From contig JAQGDQ010000224.1 of the NCBI GenBank assembly GCA_030141605.1, positions 186,001 through 250,000 on the forward strand: a stretch of 64,000 nucleotides of DNA. Direction: 5' to 3'. The translations under genes and the position numbers were made by a program. Source of the stretch: Tubiluchus corallicola (Eukaryota; Animalia; Priapulida). The notes beneath the pieces were generated by a model, which saw only the letters and a list, made by a program, of their open reading frames with translations, made no database searches and was not told the DNA's origin. How positions within the stretch are numbered: the stretch's first letter is position 1; every line of letters begins with the position of its first letter. Positions 12,401 to 26,100 of this stretch are shown piece by piece.

Positions 12401-15263
12401 GTATTATTGGGGCGGTATTGCTGGCCTTGTTATTCGCAGTCTGCTAGGATGATAGTCAGTAATTAAATGAAGACAATTATTTCAGAAAATACAATTAGTT
12501 TAGACACACATAATTGAGACAAAGAACAGTGCAAACTAAGACTGTTGCTACGGAAATCACGTTTTCAAACTATTCATTATTCATTATAAATCATCATTAT
12601 TTAAATAATTAACAGTTAATCAAACTGTATCTTTAAGAAAGGTTAGCCAAAAATAACTACACTATTTAAATCTAAGCAAACTTTCTCCTAGTCAACATTT
12701 CTTACAGCACTTTGCTGATCTGTCAACAATAAAACAATGTTAATGCCAACAAGACCTACAAATATGACGACAATTTGGCAAAGATGCGAGGACACTGGTT
12801 TTGTGATGTAAGTATTCAAACTTAATGATCTGAGATGAGTTACACACCTTCTGGATAGCAGCAGTAATTTTTCCAGTAATTCGCTTACAGACGCTTGCAG
12901 CTAAAGGATGCGACGATGACGGAAGCTCCCCAATAACTGTTTTCAAACCTAAATACAGAAAATGTTTTAAAATAATTAAAAAACAATCACATGAGGAAGA
13001 TTGTGTAACTACTACTTTGAAGTTTCCTATACGTTACCTGTAAGGTTCTTTTCATTTCACTCTATTAATTCTCAATCCATTTTCTTCATTTTAACTTAAT
13101 TTTACTTCAATGATTTAGCAATATCTGGGTTGTTGTTGCTGTATTTCTATAATCTGCAGCACTGGCAATTATTTCAACAAAAGTTTAATGCATGACATTG
13201 CTGACTGTCAATAATGAAAGGGATAAATAAACAGTAAACAATTCACGAAAATCAAGTTCTCTTGAGTTCACGAACTTTTACATATACACAAAATCAGTAA
13301 AATATAGAATAAATAAATGGAGTTTCTAAATTCTAATTCTGAAAAAGACATGAATTTGAAACATACTATTATTTTAAAAGCAACTTCATCTAAAGCTTCA
13401 CTCTTTTTTCAGCTGAGATACATGGTAAAACCTATCTGCCACATTTTCACCATAGTAGAGTAAAGAACTGATGCTACTGATTAAAAGCTATAAATTTCAG
13501 CAGGTCTAATCTCTCTCTATGCACCTACAACAAATCTTTAGAAAGATAATTTTTTCTTCAAAAATTACAAATTACGCACCAATGCTTGATATATCCCGTA
13601 GCTGTTCCTTCTCAGACACCATATTAGAACACAGTGTATCGACGATGGTTTCCACTTGAAATTCCTTTACCTTGCTCACTAATGGCCCAAGACTAAAAAA
13701 CATAACAGACAAGACTTTAGCAATGTCCAGACAAGACAATGGCAATATCCAAACAAGACTTTAACAATGTACAGACAAGACTTTAACGCTCAGAAATTAT
13801 GTATTAGTTCACTTTTCCAAAGCGACTAATACATATCAATTTTTAAATAATCTGACTAAATGAAACATCTTAACTTTTTTTGTTAAATGGAAATAAGTAA
13901 AAACTGCCAATCACAGGGCTCCCACAGAATTTTAAATAAAATTCCCTTACCAAATATTGATTTTCTATGATTAAAATAAGCAGAAATTGCATTACCAGTA
14001 TACATATTCAAACATTTTTTTGTATGGATTTTCATACATATACTGATATATAATGTGTCGGTCAATCATTTTTGCAACAGAAATCAAAACTGGGAGCCTG
14101 CAGTAGCAAAATTTTATTTGAACACTTTGTTTTCAAGCATTTTCCCTGACCGTGAGAACCCTGCAATCAGTACTATGAGTTTATGACACCTTATAATGAT
14201 GTGACTATCTAACATTTTGAAAACAAGAGCTACATCACTAGCTAACGATCTGAGTTGAAATCATACTTTAAAATGAAATTGATCATGCAGCCAGTTTGTG
14301 AAGTTTAAACAAAAAAAGCAATATACATCTCATGCAGTGTATGGAAACAAACAGAGTTAGCCATTAATGGAACCAAATTCATTAATACACTCGGGACACC
14401 ACTAGCCTAATAAAATTTAAGAAACATACCATTTGACAGCCAGGTTTTGCACTTCACCATTCTTATCCTCCAGGAGTTTCAGCAGCATCCTTACAACTTT
14501 CCTCTCACTATCATCATCCAACTTGATAGAATCCTTCTGCAGTTCTGACATCAAATCATTTGTCGCCATAAACCGAAAATCCTTGTCATTTGATGTCATC
14601 TAAATGGAAATGGAAGATATGTAATAATGTAATAATAACTGTACAGGCACAGGGTGTGTGACGGTGCTACACAATGGCATTATGGTACGACATACTACTT
14701 GTGACATGACAACTGTGCTTATGGCATGACAGTGATAACACAAATGCTTGTGACATGACACAATACCTTATGATACATTATGATATAAGCTGCCACTTAG
14801 TCACAGTTAAGGATAACATGATGCCAAACATCTCCCAGCAGGTCTTAATGCAAGCTATTAATTAAATATAAAGGAGTAGAAAATCCTGAAAATTATGAAA
14901 CTATGTACTGACAACTTGAAATGTCTGACAGTCACAAATATGTTGCCACAAGCACACATCCAAAATTTCGTACGATATGAAACAATGAGAGGAATGATTA
15001 CAATATAGTCTACTGACAGTACTGTAGACAACGCTATGCTCAGCAGTATGCAAAAACATTGTGTTGTCTTTGGTTTTGATAAAATGACATCAACGTCTAC
15101 GCCGCACATGACTCTGCGTGATCTTCTGCATTTGGTATGTACATAGTACCAAAGTAACTCTAACTTGCAAGTTTCAAAGTTAGCATTTCTTCTGTGACTC
15201 GACTTGAGAAGATTGATTTACCTTTTCTAGCAAGTTTGCTATGTGGTATGAAACGCTCGCCAT
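459..15263 (-). CDS. CAND1: Cullin-associated NEDD8-dissociated protein 1, multi-exon, 3' part continues beyond the left window edge
   Basis: GT-AG exons with consistent phases: 15263-15222, 14599-14430, 13692-13580, 12948-12848, 12381-12219, 11864-11738, 11134-10972, 10515-10412, 10099-9945, 9543-9426, 8806-8621, 7424-7313, 7072-6979, 862-745, 624-459. Translation gives CAND1 motifs [96 protein letters not shown]. Confidence 0.96.
1062..1702. mobile_element. Tc1/mariner-type MITE
   Basis: TIR CAGTAAATCCTCGCTTAACGA / TCGTTAAGCAAGGACTTACCG, with TA on the left flank. Confidence 0.75.
1905..6933. mobile_element. Degenerate hAT-type MITE containing the 27-bp satellite
   Basis: Flanks 1905-2130 and 6799-6933 align with the MITE at 11184-11600. 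The right end is CTCACCCCTA, and the degenerate 8-bp TSD is ACAAATAG/ACGTATAG. Confidence 0.7.
2130..6798. repeat. 27-bp satellite, ~170 copies, in a CAND1 intron
   Basis: Unit TGCATAGAGCTACACACAGCT plus AAATTG, AAGTGG or AAGTTG. Confidence 0.99.
8102..8445. mobile_element. Tc1/mariner-type MITE
   Basis: TIR CAGTCAACCCTCGTTAAACCGGAC / GTCCGGTTTAATGAGGGTCGACTG, with TA on the right flank. Confidence 0.8.
8765..9390. repeat. 80-92 bp tandem array derived from the CAND1 intron/exon 11 junction
   Basis: GCAGTGATACAGGGCTGCACAT or a near-match recurs at ~8793, 8878, 8969, 9053, 9142, 9224 and 9304, plus a degenerate copy at ~9370. Confidence 0.9.
11184..11600. mobile_element. hAT-type MITE (417 bp)
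   Basis: TIR TAAGGGTGATCATT / AATGCTCACCCCTA, perfect 8-bp TSD CCAAAAAG (11176-11183, 11601-11608), subterminal TTCGAA motifs. Confidence 0.88.
13914..14163. mobile_element. MITE with CAGGG termini
   Basis: TIR CAGGGCTCCCACAG / CCGTGAGAACCCTG, flanked by the direct repeat CAATCA. Confidence 0.65.
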
Positions 15264-17867
15264 ATTTTCACTTATGTATAAATCTGCGAAAAAAATACAA
15301 AAATAGTTGGAAAATAAGTCCGCGTGCTCGATGATATTACTTTATATTTTACGCGAAAAATGACCACATTTCTATTTCGCACTATAAACCGAGCCGGCAA
15401 GCTGCAAAAATAAGTCTCGTGCTGTCATCTAGTGGCTGGTTTCATCGCCTTTACAAAAATGTTTTATTACCTGTATAACGAGTACACAGATCACTGCGAT
15501 CAGTACTCTCCTTGGTCCCTTCAAGTCTCCGAGACGGTAGCTCAAAGTCAGTGCATGTACTCAATTAGGCTGATATATTTCGAAATAACAACCCTCATTT
15601 GAACTAGTAAGATAGCAGTTGTAACTGTCAAAAAGCTGTAATAAGACTTACAGCAGGCCACCAGCTTTGTAGACGTGAAACCTTGCAACAAGAAACATTA
15701 GCAAATAGTAAAAACTTAAAATACATTTTAATAATCATCAGCTGAGTGACTAGATAAAAAACCTAAATTTAACAATAAGATAAAAGTATTGCATGATAAC
15801 AATTATGATCATGATGAAAAATATAATTATAGCTAGTAAGCTTGAACAGTGTGTTACATCAAAAGTTAGACATTAAACTAAGAAACAAAAATAAGCCTAA
15901 ACGGGATAGCATTTAGGCTGGAATATTCATTTTGTTTATGCTGTCTGTCTGTCATCACAATTCACAGACGACATGTCACTTATAAAACAACTCATGTAAC
16001 GTAATTATCTTTGTTATTATTTCTTTGATTAACTGTGCATTTCTGCTGTAGAGAAATGAATGTTACTATGAAATATAAGCCTTGAGGTTACTATTTTGCA
16101 TTTTCATCTACTAATCAGCTGGTTCATCTGCTTATTAGCTGCTAATTCATCAACTTACATACTAGGTAACATTGTAAAAATATCTTGTCTATCTTATACA
16201 TGTATTGGTAAGTTCTTAATACCTTGAATGTGGTGAAAATTTAATTATTTTTTAATATTATATCAAGCAGTTAAGCAGGACCAGTTTGCTATGTTCTTGC
16301 CTTCAAAATTCAGCTACTGCATGTGAAAATTTTTTGCATTACTGTGCCAAAATAAAACTCTTACTGTAGTTATACACAAGAAAATAATTTTATGTGCATT
16401 GTAAATACAGCTGAACATGCTACAATGCCGATTTGCCATTTAGGGCCTGCAGCATTGTAAAAAAAGAGACAAACAGTTAAATAACTGAAGTAACATACGT
16501 TATTATTTATCGTAAAGTTTGTACAAACACGGAGTGCCATACTCACAAAATGGCACAGATGCATTTTCCTCACAAAAGCTAAATCATTCAATATCTGTAT
16601 CAAATAAAAACAATTCATTAACCATAGAGCTAACAGCTAGTTAAATAAGTGGCTCTACCTATTGTACAGAGACTACAGTAATATGAAGACTGTCAAAGAT
16701 CGAATCCAATCGCGCACAGCACAAGTTGCTAGATTGACCAAAATCAAATGCTTAATATTTACAAATATCCGTCCTTGAAAATCAGATGCAAAAAATCTCA
16801 CCAGATGTCAATAAATTATTAAATGCAAGAAAAAGGACAAGCTAAGAACAACAGTGAATCTACTGGTTTTATCATTTGGTTACTAATAACCAAAATCCTG
16901 AATTCCAAATGACCAGTTTTGCGATAGCGAATGTGAATGTTTGTCACCTTTTGCAGACTTTTAGTAACTATTTAGTAAGTCAATATTATGTACGCAGATT
17001 TATTTTCCAAATAGTTATTCCTTTTAGAAATTATTGTGCAGCTGCATAAGTTGAGAAGTTCTTGATTTGCAGTAACAAAGGTTATGTAAAAAAAAATGCT
17101 AACTGGGTAACTGTAATTTCACCGGTAAAATAGAACTCGCTATGTTAATGAATATTTTACACACAACGGTTACATCATAGTTTGTCAAGCTTGCATTTTT
17201 TTTGCTAATAAATCTCACTTTAGCAGAAAAATTGCAAGATTTCGTAATGGACATATGATGATGATGATGATTGGAAAAGTGGGATCAAGTTACATGTTGA
17301 GATGGCACTTATTGTCCAAAAGTTAGCAAAACATAAAGCAGGCATTCTTACAGTTTAACACTTAATGTGATAAATAAAGACAACAAATCAATGCAGTGTT
17401 GCGAATAAAGAAAATAGTTATATAGATTACTCATCATTCACTGCATTTTTCTACAAGACCTACATATCAGATACATACAAAATGCTCATTAATTGCAATA
17501 ACAATAGCATTAACATAATCACAGTCATCATTAATTATAAAATAAATTCGTTGACTTCTACTTTACTCTGCATTGTATGATGTGTCTCACTCAGATGTTG
17601 GTCAAAAAATAATTATTTTCTAGTCAGGTTTTACGCGTTAAATCACAAGCTAACTTCAGTACTCAATGTTCAACACAAATTACAGCATGAAAATATGAAC
17701 ATACTTGGACCTAAAAATTGTCCAAACCCATAGGACCAACTCACAAATACTGCAAGTGAGGTAAAAAGTGATATAAAGCCTACGATAACGGCATGCGGAT
17801 AAATGACAGAAAGAAACACCTGGTGATGTTGATGACAGTTATGCTGCTGCCCTCTTGTGTCACATGT

Positions 17868-19868
17868 TTATGAAGCCCATGCTGCCAACTCTTTCATATC
17901 TTCGTCCTCTTCTGTAGCAACTTTGCCTGAAGGAAAAGATTTCAGTTGCTGTTAAATGTGAAATGATTTGCCGAAATTTTTAACTACACGTATATGATGT
18001 TTTAACAATAGGAATTTCGTAAGAAATACATAAATATATATTCTACACCATCGAAAGTAGAAAACCGGTGGAACTAGAGGAAAGTCATTTATAACAAATA
18101 TAGAGTCAATGTGCTAACTTGAGGAAGAAATTCTAATAAGTAGCACACTTGTATTACTATCTTAAAATTAGAATTATTAGAATTAGAGTTCATTTATTTT
18201 TCACATGTTAGTAAAAAACAATTAATACAATGTCAAAACAATTGAAACAAAAACTAATAATGACATTAGTTTTCATTACTATGTTAAGGTATGAATGAAC
18301 GCAAGTTAGCCGCCCTTATGACTATTCTTATCCTCTTCACAAAGTAGACACAACAGTGCAATGGAAGCAACATATAGGCATTGCTAATATTTACTTGCAG
18401 TTGAATACTTACTGGGTTTAGCTGGTTCGGCTGACGGTACACTGGGTAAGGTTTCTCCTACTGCCGGTTCGACATTCAATAGCTGTTCATCGAGTTCTTC
18501 TTGTTCTAATTCTTCTAGCTCTGCCATTAACTCATCCTGAAAGTGAGCACATTGTGATATAACTGTTTAATGATCTTGAATAATAACAAGTGAAGGAATA
18601 AGTTTGCAAAGGCGGAATGGTATAGCATTCTCTTTAAAGGTTGCTTGGTTTGTCGGCAATCAAAACAAGGAATAGCAGACAAAACAAGCTATATCAAGAC
18701 AAGGTTTTCAGCCAATTAAAAACCTCTGATCTTACAAGCAAGTAATATTTTTCTCTGGAAAGATAGCTAACCATGTCTTTGCCAGGCATTAATAAAATCT
18801 TACTCTTCAAATCCATTTATATGCCTGTAAATAAAAGCTACCGACAAAAAATTACAACAAGTGTAATGAAAAGCACTACAAAATGCGAAGCAAAAGAACT
18901 TACATCATCAACTTCTGATCCAAAACCAACTGGATTTGAAATGGCTTCTGATATTTCATTTGCAATTTCCTGTTGCTCGGCTACATCATCCATCAAATCA
19001 TGCACTTTATCAACATCCCTTGGAATAAATAATACAAGTTATAGCATGAAAGTAGTTATTTTTGCTACACAGTCGGTTTATTTACTGTTTTTTGACTTAC
19101 TACAAAAACAATGAAAATAAGCATGCAAATTCTTAACGTGAGATGAAATAACCAAATGAAAAATAAATTTGCGTTTAAAGTAATCAATTAATAACAGAGA
19201 AATTAACAGTCAAGTCGAATAAATTACATACATGTCTTGGTGCGCACTCTTGAGAGCTTTTGCTGCATAACCCATGATTTTCAATACTTCTGTATTCGTA
19301 CTAGCATTCTCTAATGCCTCACGCTGGAACTCTATTGTTGACAAAGTTCCGTCGATTTGCTGGAGCTGTTTCTCGTATCGTTTCTTTCTCTTTAAAGCTT
19401 GTAATGCAACTGCAAAAAAACATTCGACACTCGTTTACTTGTTAATTAACTACGGTAGTTTCTTGAATATTGACAAAAACATAACTAAACAGCTTATTGG
19501 ACATTGCTGACGCATAGAGAGAGAGAACAATCAGAACGTTTTTTGCATGGAAAAGCTGACAAACAACTTCATTTTCAAGTTATTTGTTTGAAAAAGAAGC
19601 ACCTAAGATATTTCTCACCACCAAATTAAAGCTCCTCAGTCTTGAACAACCAGAACAACTCATATTCAACCTTTGTCTTACCCCTTTTGTTTTTTGTGCC
19701 ATTCTTTTTTGCAATTGAAATTTCCTGGGCTATTTTCTTTTCCAAGTAATCAGACTTCTTATTTAACATCTCTTCTGTCTCCCGTAGTTTCTGAATTGCC
19801 TCTTGTGGTGATGGTGTTGCATCCTTTTTATTGCTGCCACTACCAAACATCTTTCCCAGGAAACTCAT
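17868..19868 (-). CDS. CHMP4: Charged multivesicular body protein 4 (ESCRT-III Snf7/Shrub), 5 coding exons
   Basis: Exons 19868-19682, 19409-19232, 19018-18904, 18536-18413, 17926-17868. Motifs PQEAIQKLRETEEML, KNGTKNKRVALQALKRKKRYEKQLQQIDGTLSTIEFQREALENA and C-terminal MKELAAWAS*. An acceptor just upstream of the ATG (~19882) implies a non-coding first exon. Confidence 0.95.
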
Positions 19869-20468
19869 GTTGAAATTTTTACCTACAAAATGTTCAAAAT
19901 TTGTTGAAAATCTCATTAAATTTCAAGACGTAAATATATAAATATAAGCGCTGAATACTCGTATTGACATGTTACAGTGTAAGAACCTTGCAACATCAGA
20001 AGAGCCACAAAAATGATAAGTAAAACAAAGAAATAATCTGGCCGTAACAAATTAAAAAAAGTTAGTTATCCTGCTCTGAATAAACACTTAATTTGCAATA
20101 TTGAAAAATTGACCGACTAACTTTTTACTATTAATTGTGTGTAGTACACTTTTGTCACAAATTTATGCGTAGTTGACAGCAACATTGTAAGTGTATCCTA
20201 CATCTGTGTTGTCCGCTGCACCACTGTATAAATTTTAAAGCCAATAAGAAATTAGACATCGCAAACTGGTACTCTAATCTACCTACTTAATTATTATGTT
20301 ATATTTTAGGAATTTAAATGATTTGGTCAGTTTTGCACTCATGCAACAGACACATCACCCGCAGCAGAGTTTACAGAATTCCATATTTTTATTAATAATG
20401 CCTTCAAATTTAAACGCAAACAGTAAGTTCATTACGACATCATAAGTCTATGTAAAGAAATGTCTTAT

Positions 20469-20627
20469 TGGCGCATTCAGAGTTAGAGATTTCTCTCTGA
20501 GAGAAGTTGCCAAGATGTTCACTCGTTGCAACAAGTTGTGAGAGAAGTTGGCAAGCCGTTCAAACGTTGCAACTTCAGTTTTAGAGAGACGTTGCACAAC
20601 AAGTTACGAGAAAAGTCTGAACACGCC
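20469..20627. mobile_element. Short foldback/MITE
   Basis: Imperfect inverted ends GGCGCATTCAGAGT / AGTCTGAACACGCC, with internal GTTGC/GCAAC repeats. Confidence 0.5.
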
Positions 20628-20807
20628 ATTAAAAATTATTACCTATTTTGTGAGTTTTGTCCGAAAGCGGCGTTAAATTTAATGCTCGACTGTTACAGAT
20701 AAACTATAACAAAATATTTTTTAGTCATGAATTTTCTACATCTGCAGTTTAATAAATCACGACATCGCATGCTCATCACAACTTTTTTTTCAAAAAAAAT
20801 ATATATT

Positions 20808-20925
20808 GCACAAAATCATGAATGTTAAAGTAACACAAAGTTTAGTAACACAAAATCATGAACGTTAAAGTAACAAAGTTTAGTAGCACAAAATCATGAA
20901 TGTTAAAGTAACACAAACTTTAGTA
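20808..20925. repeat. ~38-bp tandem repeat, 3 copies
   Basis: CACAAAATCATGAAYGTTAAAGTAACA(CA)AAGTTTAGTA repeated. Confidence 0.85.
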
Positions 20926-22805
20926 GGTAACTTTTCTATTAAAATAAGTGGCACTCTGACAATTCCTGAGATGTATAGTTTGATGACCTTTATGTCAAAA
21001 ACTTGACTGACTTGCTACCTACATGCATTTTCATATCTACATTTATGCAAGTTTGTCAATTGTGGGGGAAGATTTGTTGATTATGAGAATGAAAAGTATT
21101 TACAGCGTATGGGCAAATGCATCTAAGTCTATTCCACAACTTATTACAGTTACATAAGTCGACTATATTTTTTTGCAACTTACCAAACAACGACACAGGT
21201 AATATTCTTTAGTGCACAAGTAGCATCAAACTATGCAAGTCGTTATCTAAGTAACTTTTAATTACGTTAATCTCGAAATTGTAAGGCCAAGAGTTTCAGT
21301 TTCGACGTCCAGATCCTACAATCACAATTATAACCGCCTCTTATTTAATTGCTAAGAGACAGTCATCGGTTACTGTACAATATACTACTACAATGATCTT
21401 AAGTTTACCATTAATTCCTATCCAGTTAAGTTAAAAAGAAGATTATCTGACTAATAACTAGAACCACAGGAATGATGTGATGATGAATAACGCAGCAAGT
21501 AAACAAAACTTGCAATCTTGACCTTTAACATGACCGTTCTTCTTTATTTTTTCTCACGCTTGAATGGTCACTGGTAGGTAGATGACTCACATCACATTTC
21601 AGCATGAAAATAAGACTGAACATGACGAAACTTTTGTAAAAATGATTTATTTTGCTCTATGTGTAGTTCAGCAAAGGACTCAACTGATCGTCTTTTTAAC
21701 AGCAAAGAAAACAAATGTGAAGACAGATTAACCACTCAAGGACGCCACACTAAGTTGGAGAATTCCAAATCGACTAACCAAAGCTTTACACAATCAACAA
21801 GAGAAATGAAATTTCTAATTTTGAATTCCATAACTTTAAATTTAAAAAACAATTTTTAGTTAAAGTGTGTAACATTTGGTCACAGAAAATACATCAAGAG
21901 AGTAATGCACATGCTATGCTATACAGTCATGTGCATTGAGTATAATGATTTATTGTATCAGTATTACGGTATGTAAGTTTATACCATTTGACATCATAAG
22001 TTTTCAATACTGGTGACAGGTACACATCACGAAAAATATGTAGAATCAGAATAGTAAGCCAGACTGATAACAATGTATAAATTACAGACTTGTGCCATAA
22101 TTTTGCAGCATGGAGTTTGGGAGTAATTGCGTTTACACTCATGTATGTGCATCATAATTGCATGTACGCCTACATTAGAATTTTCTTTTCTAATTGTATG
22201 TACGTGTATTAGCTTTTACTCCATAATGTCATTTTTTTCTTTCTTAATTTGAATACTATTTAAGTGACGCTGTTCACATGCTGATACATGTGCAACTATA
22301 CCTGAAATGAATTGAATTTCAACTTCGACAACAAATTTACCATGCATAACACATAATCCAGAGATGGGAGTATTAGCATAAATACTATTTGCCCTTCCAC
22401 TATACTGAACTAACTAAAAATGAAATTTTGAATATAATGGCACAACTGCAGATAGAGGAAGGTCATGCCATCAGAGCATTTTGTTCCCATTGGCGTAACA
22501 TAAGATCTATGAATTTTTATGAATTCTGCTGCCAGTGCTTGTCAGGGCATCCCTTAAATTGCTCAGTATTTGTTGCCTTAACTACAGATTTCATGCAGTT
22601 TTCATTGTGTGATCTTAACCGAGTATGAACTTGTTGAGTTGCCATCGCCTTTAATCATTGGCAAATTCAAAGGATGATGATGACAGTCTACTAAAACAAC
22701 ATAACAACACCATCATTCATCAAAAGATCTTCCAGCAAACGGGGATGATGATTAGCAATTATTGGTGATGAGTCGATGACAATAATGAAAGCAACAACTA
22801 TATAG

Positions 22806-22830
22806 TAACAACAACAACAACGACAACAAC

Positions 22831-22858
<28 letters not shown>
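22806..22858. repeat. (AAC)n(AAT)n microsatellite upstream of ADRM1
   Basis: Direct reading. Confidence 0.85.
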
Positions 22859-22861
<3 letters not shown>

Positions 22862-23123
22862 TCAGCAACAATGAGCGAATATAAAAACCATAACGACAAC
22901 AACAAATATTACAGAGAGCAATAATATTCAAGGCGTCTAATGGGTGTTTCGTGGTAACCGGCGTGGGGCACAAAAGCTGAAATCAAAGCCATTCCCGTAA
23001 AACAGCGAAGTGCAAAGTTGCGCAAGACGTAGCCACATTATTTTACAGTGATTCTGCATTATTCTCAAATCTCCAACCACATCGTTTTTAGCTATCTAAA
23101 ATTGGGCGTATAAATTAAGGACA

Positions 23124-26100
23124 ATGGCTTCTGGTGCACTATTTGGCAGTTCAACAGCTCGAGGCCAGAGTAAGAATTTGGTGGAATTTCGAGCAGGAAA
23201 AATGACTATGAAGGGAAAGATGGTGCACCCAGATAAAAGAAAGGGTCTTGTTTATGTACACCAAAGTGATGATTCTCTTATTCACTTTTGTTGGAAAGAG
23301 CGGTCAACAGGAACTATTGAAGATGTAATTTTCGTTTTACATTTATTTTTTAAGGAGATTAGCAGGATTAGCTATTTGTCACAATTGTGTTTGAAAGTGA
23401 TAGCTGCCATTTAAATTGTAAATGAATATACTTTCGTATACTTTGAATGTTAGTAGAGAATCTGAGTAAAAAAACCAGCTAGGTTATTTACTAAGTGCTG
23501 TGAGCTCCATTTTTGCGTTTATTTGTCGTCTGCAATAATTGCATGGGGAACATGTTTACTCAACTGTACGGTGGTCGCCGTGTGCCGCCAGGGAGGCATG
23601 TACTGCCTCATCGTGTACAGCGGCGGAGTGTACCTCAACATGGGTGTACCATGATTGAGGGTGCTTCAGTGATGTGTGTGTTTGTCATAATTTTAGATTT
23701 TTAGTCAAATCAAAATTAACAAAAAATATTGTGTCACTATACTACTTATCTTTCACTCCACTTTACAAAGTACCACTTCCATACAATTAACAGTGATTAT
23801 GCAAGAACTGAAAACATGCCTATTTCACTTAGTATTGTTAAGTTCTTTATTATGACATTTTAATTAATTGAACTTAAAAACAGGCAGTATGAGCCTGAGT
23901 TATGATAACTAGAGCTAGTGTCAAAAGAAAAACTTTGTAAGATAGCTGGTATTGCATCAGATTCTATCAGAAATTTCTGATGCAACAAAAGTGCTACGAC
24001 TGCATGCTTTACCAGGTATCTTGCAGGGATCATAATAAATTGTTTCGACCACACAAATATTTACAGCAGTGCAACAGGATTACCGTTTTCTCATGAAAGC
24101 ACTGAACAGTTTGCTTTCTAGCTTACTATTTTAAATGTAAGTCAACTCACCCAACAGTGAAATTCCAGCATATCTTACAGATGCTAAATAAACCAACAGA
24201 ATTAATAAATTTTACAGCATGACAGCAAATAAATGAATCTTGTAGTTGTTAAACCACCATGATAGTGAACAAATAAATATACATTAATAGGAAATAAAGA
24301 ACTACAAGAGCTTTGTTTTGAAAGCTGTAAGAAATAAAGCAAAGTGAAAGAAAATTCAAACAGGGCAAGGTGCTGCTTTGGCCACTGCATTTTTCGCATT
24401 TAATTGTGTTTTGAAATTTGGAGGTACCTCTTCTTCAGCATTTAGATTGCATTTTAAACAGGAGAGCTTGAATAAGTGTGACTTAGCGGAGCAAACCAAA
24501 TATAATACATGCTCAGTCAGTAAACAAATGTGAAGATGTAGGGCAATAAACTTGTTCAGTTCTTGACCAAACGTCTTTTGCCTTGCAATACATTTTCATG
24601 TAGTAATGTGATTTTGTACTTGTGAGTCAAATAAATGCCAACATTGTGACAGATTTTGTAATTCTGTATAGCTTGGTTTAATTTATGCTTTTGTTTTAGG
24701 ATTTAATTATATTTCCTGATGATTGCGAATTCAAGCATGTTCCGCAGTGCACTACAGGACGTGTGTATGTGCTGAAATTTAAAAATAATACTTCACGGAA
24801 ACTGTTTTTCTGGCTACAGGTACGTTCCAGATGTCTCTAGTTAAACTGTCATTGCCATTACTGTTAATAAAGTAATTACAAGATTTAATCCAAGTTGTAT
24901 TTAATGCAATATGCCTCTTCATTTTAATACAGGAGCCCAAGACGGATAAGGATGAAGAAAACTGCAAGAAAGTTAATGAATATATTAACAATCCACCTAC
25001 CCCTGGATCTACCAGGACTGGTGGTGCTGGTGGCGGACTTGCATCTGAACTTGGATCAGCCCTTGGTAAGAAACTATTTCCTTGGTTTGTCAGAACTCTG
25101 TCTGTTTTCATATTGACGTTTGGTGGTGATATGTTTTCGAGTGGCAGTATTACTATTTACAAAGAAAAATGTTTAATATAAGAAAGTCTAGAGTCATCTC
25201 AACACAGCAGTCTTCAACTTGCAACAATCTATGTGACTTTGTACAGCTTGATTTTATGACTGGACATATATTATGATAATATAAAGGAAACAATATGATT
25301 TAAGAATAATATTGTACATGATATCTCTACTATACTTCTTGACTTTAGTCCAACTTGTCTTACTTTGGCAACTGGCTGTAAATGTTTGTTAATATGATAT
25401 CAGACAGTGATTCGATGCAAGTGATTTTTAATGAATTTCCTTACTATTTCTTATTTAGGTGAGAGTGACATTCAGAGTTTTCTAGGTGGGATGAATCAGC
25501 AACAGTTAATGCAGCTGTTGGGTAAGTGGAAAAAAGTAGATAATATTCTTGATTTATCATTATTATGTACACTAGTTGTAGTTGTTTTATTGGCTGCTAC
25601 TGCCTGAATGTTGATTGTGATGGTCAGGCATCCTTTACTCACAATTTGATGCAGGTCTTCCACAAGGATCTGTGTTAGTACCTATTCTATTTTCATTCTA
25701 CGTCAGTCATTTCCTGACAGCAGTCTTTCACATATGCAGTCATTTGTGTTGACATTTCAACTTACAGTCCTGTCTCAAAGAAGTGGCTTTTCCGTCAGCT
25801 CTCATACAATCTTCACTATTTAAAATAAAATAAAAAAATTACTGATACGAGACCATAGCTCAACTGATCTGTGATATTGAAAGGAAATTACTGTGACTCA
25901 CATTGAATAATTATTTTTGTAGGAGACTAATAGTATTAGTTTTTATTGTATACATTTTGTCTAGCATTCCTATTTGGATGAGTGACAGTCCCTGCCTCTT
26001 GGAAATTACAGAACATTCTTATGAAATTACACCTTAACTCTCAAGTGGATAAACTTGGAATTATAGAAGGTTCTTGCTGTGGAAAAATTTTACACTAGGG

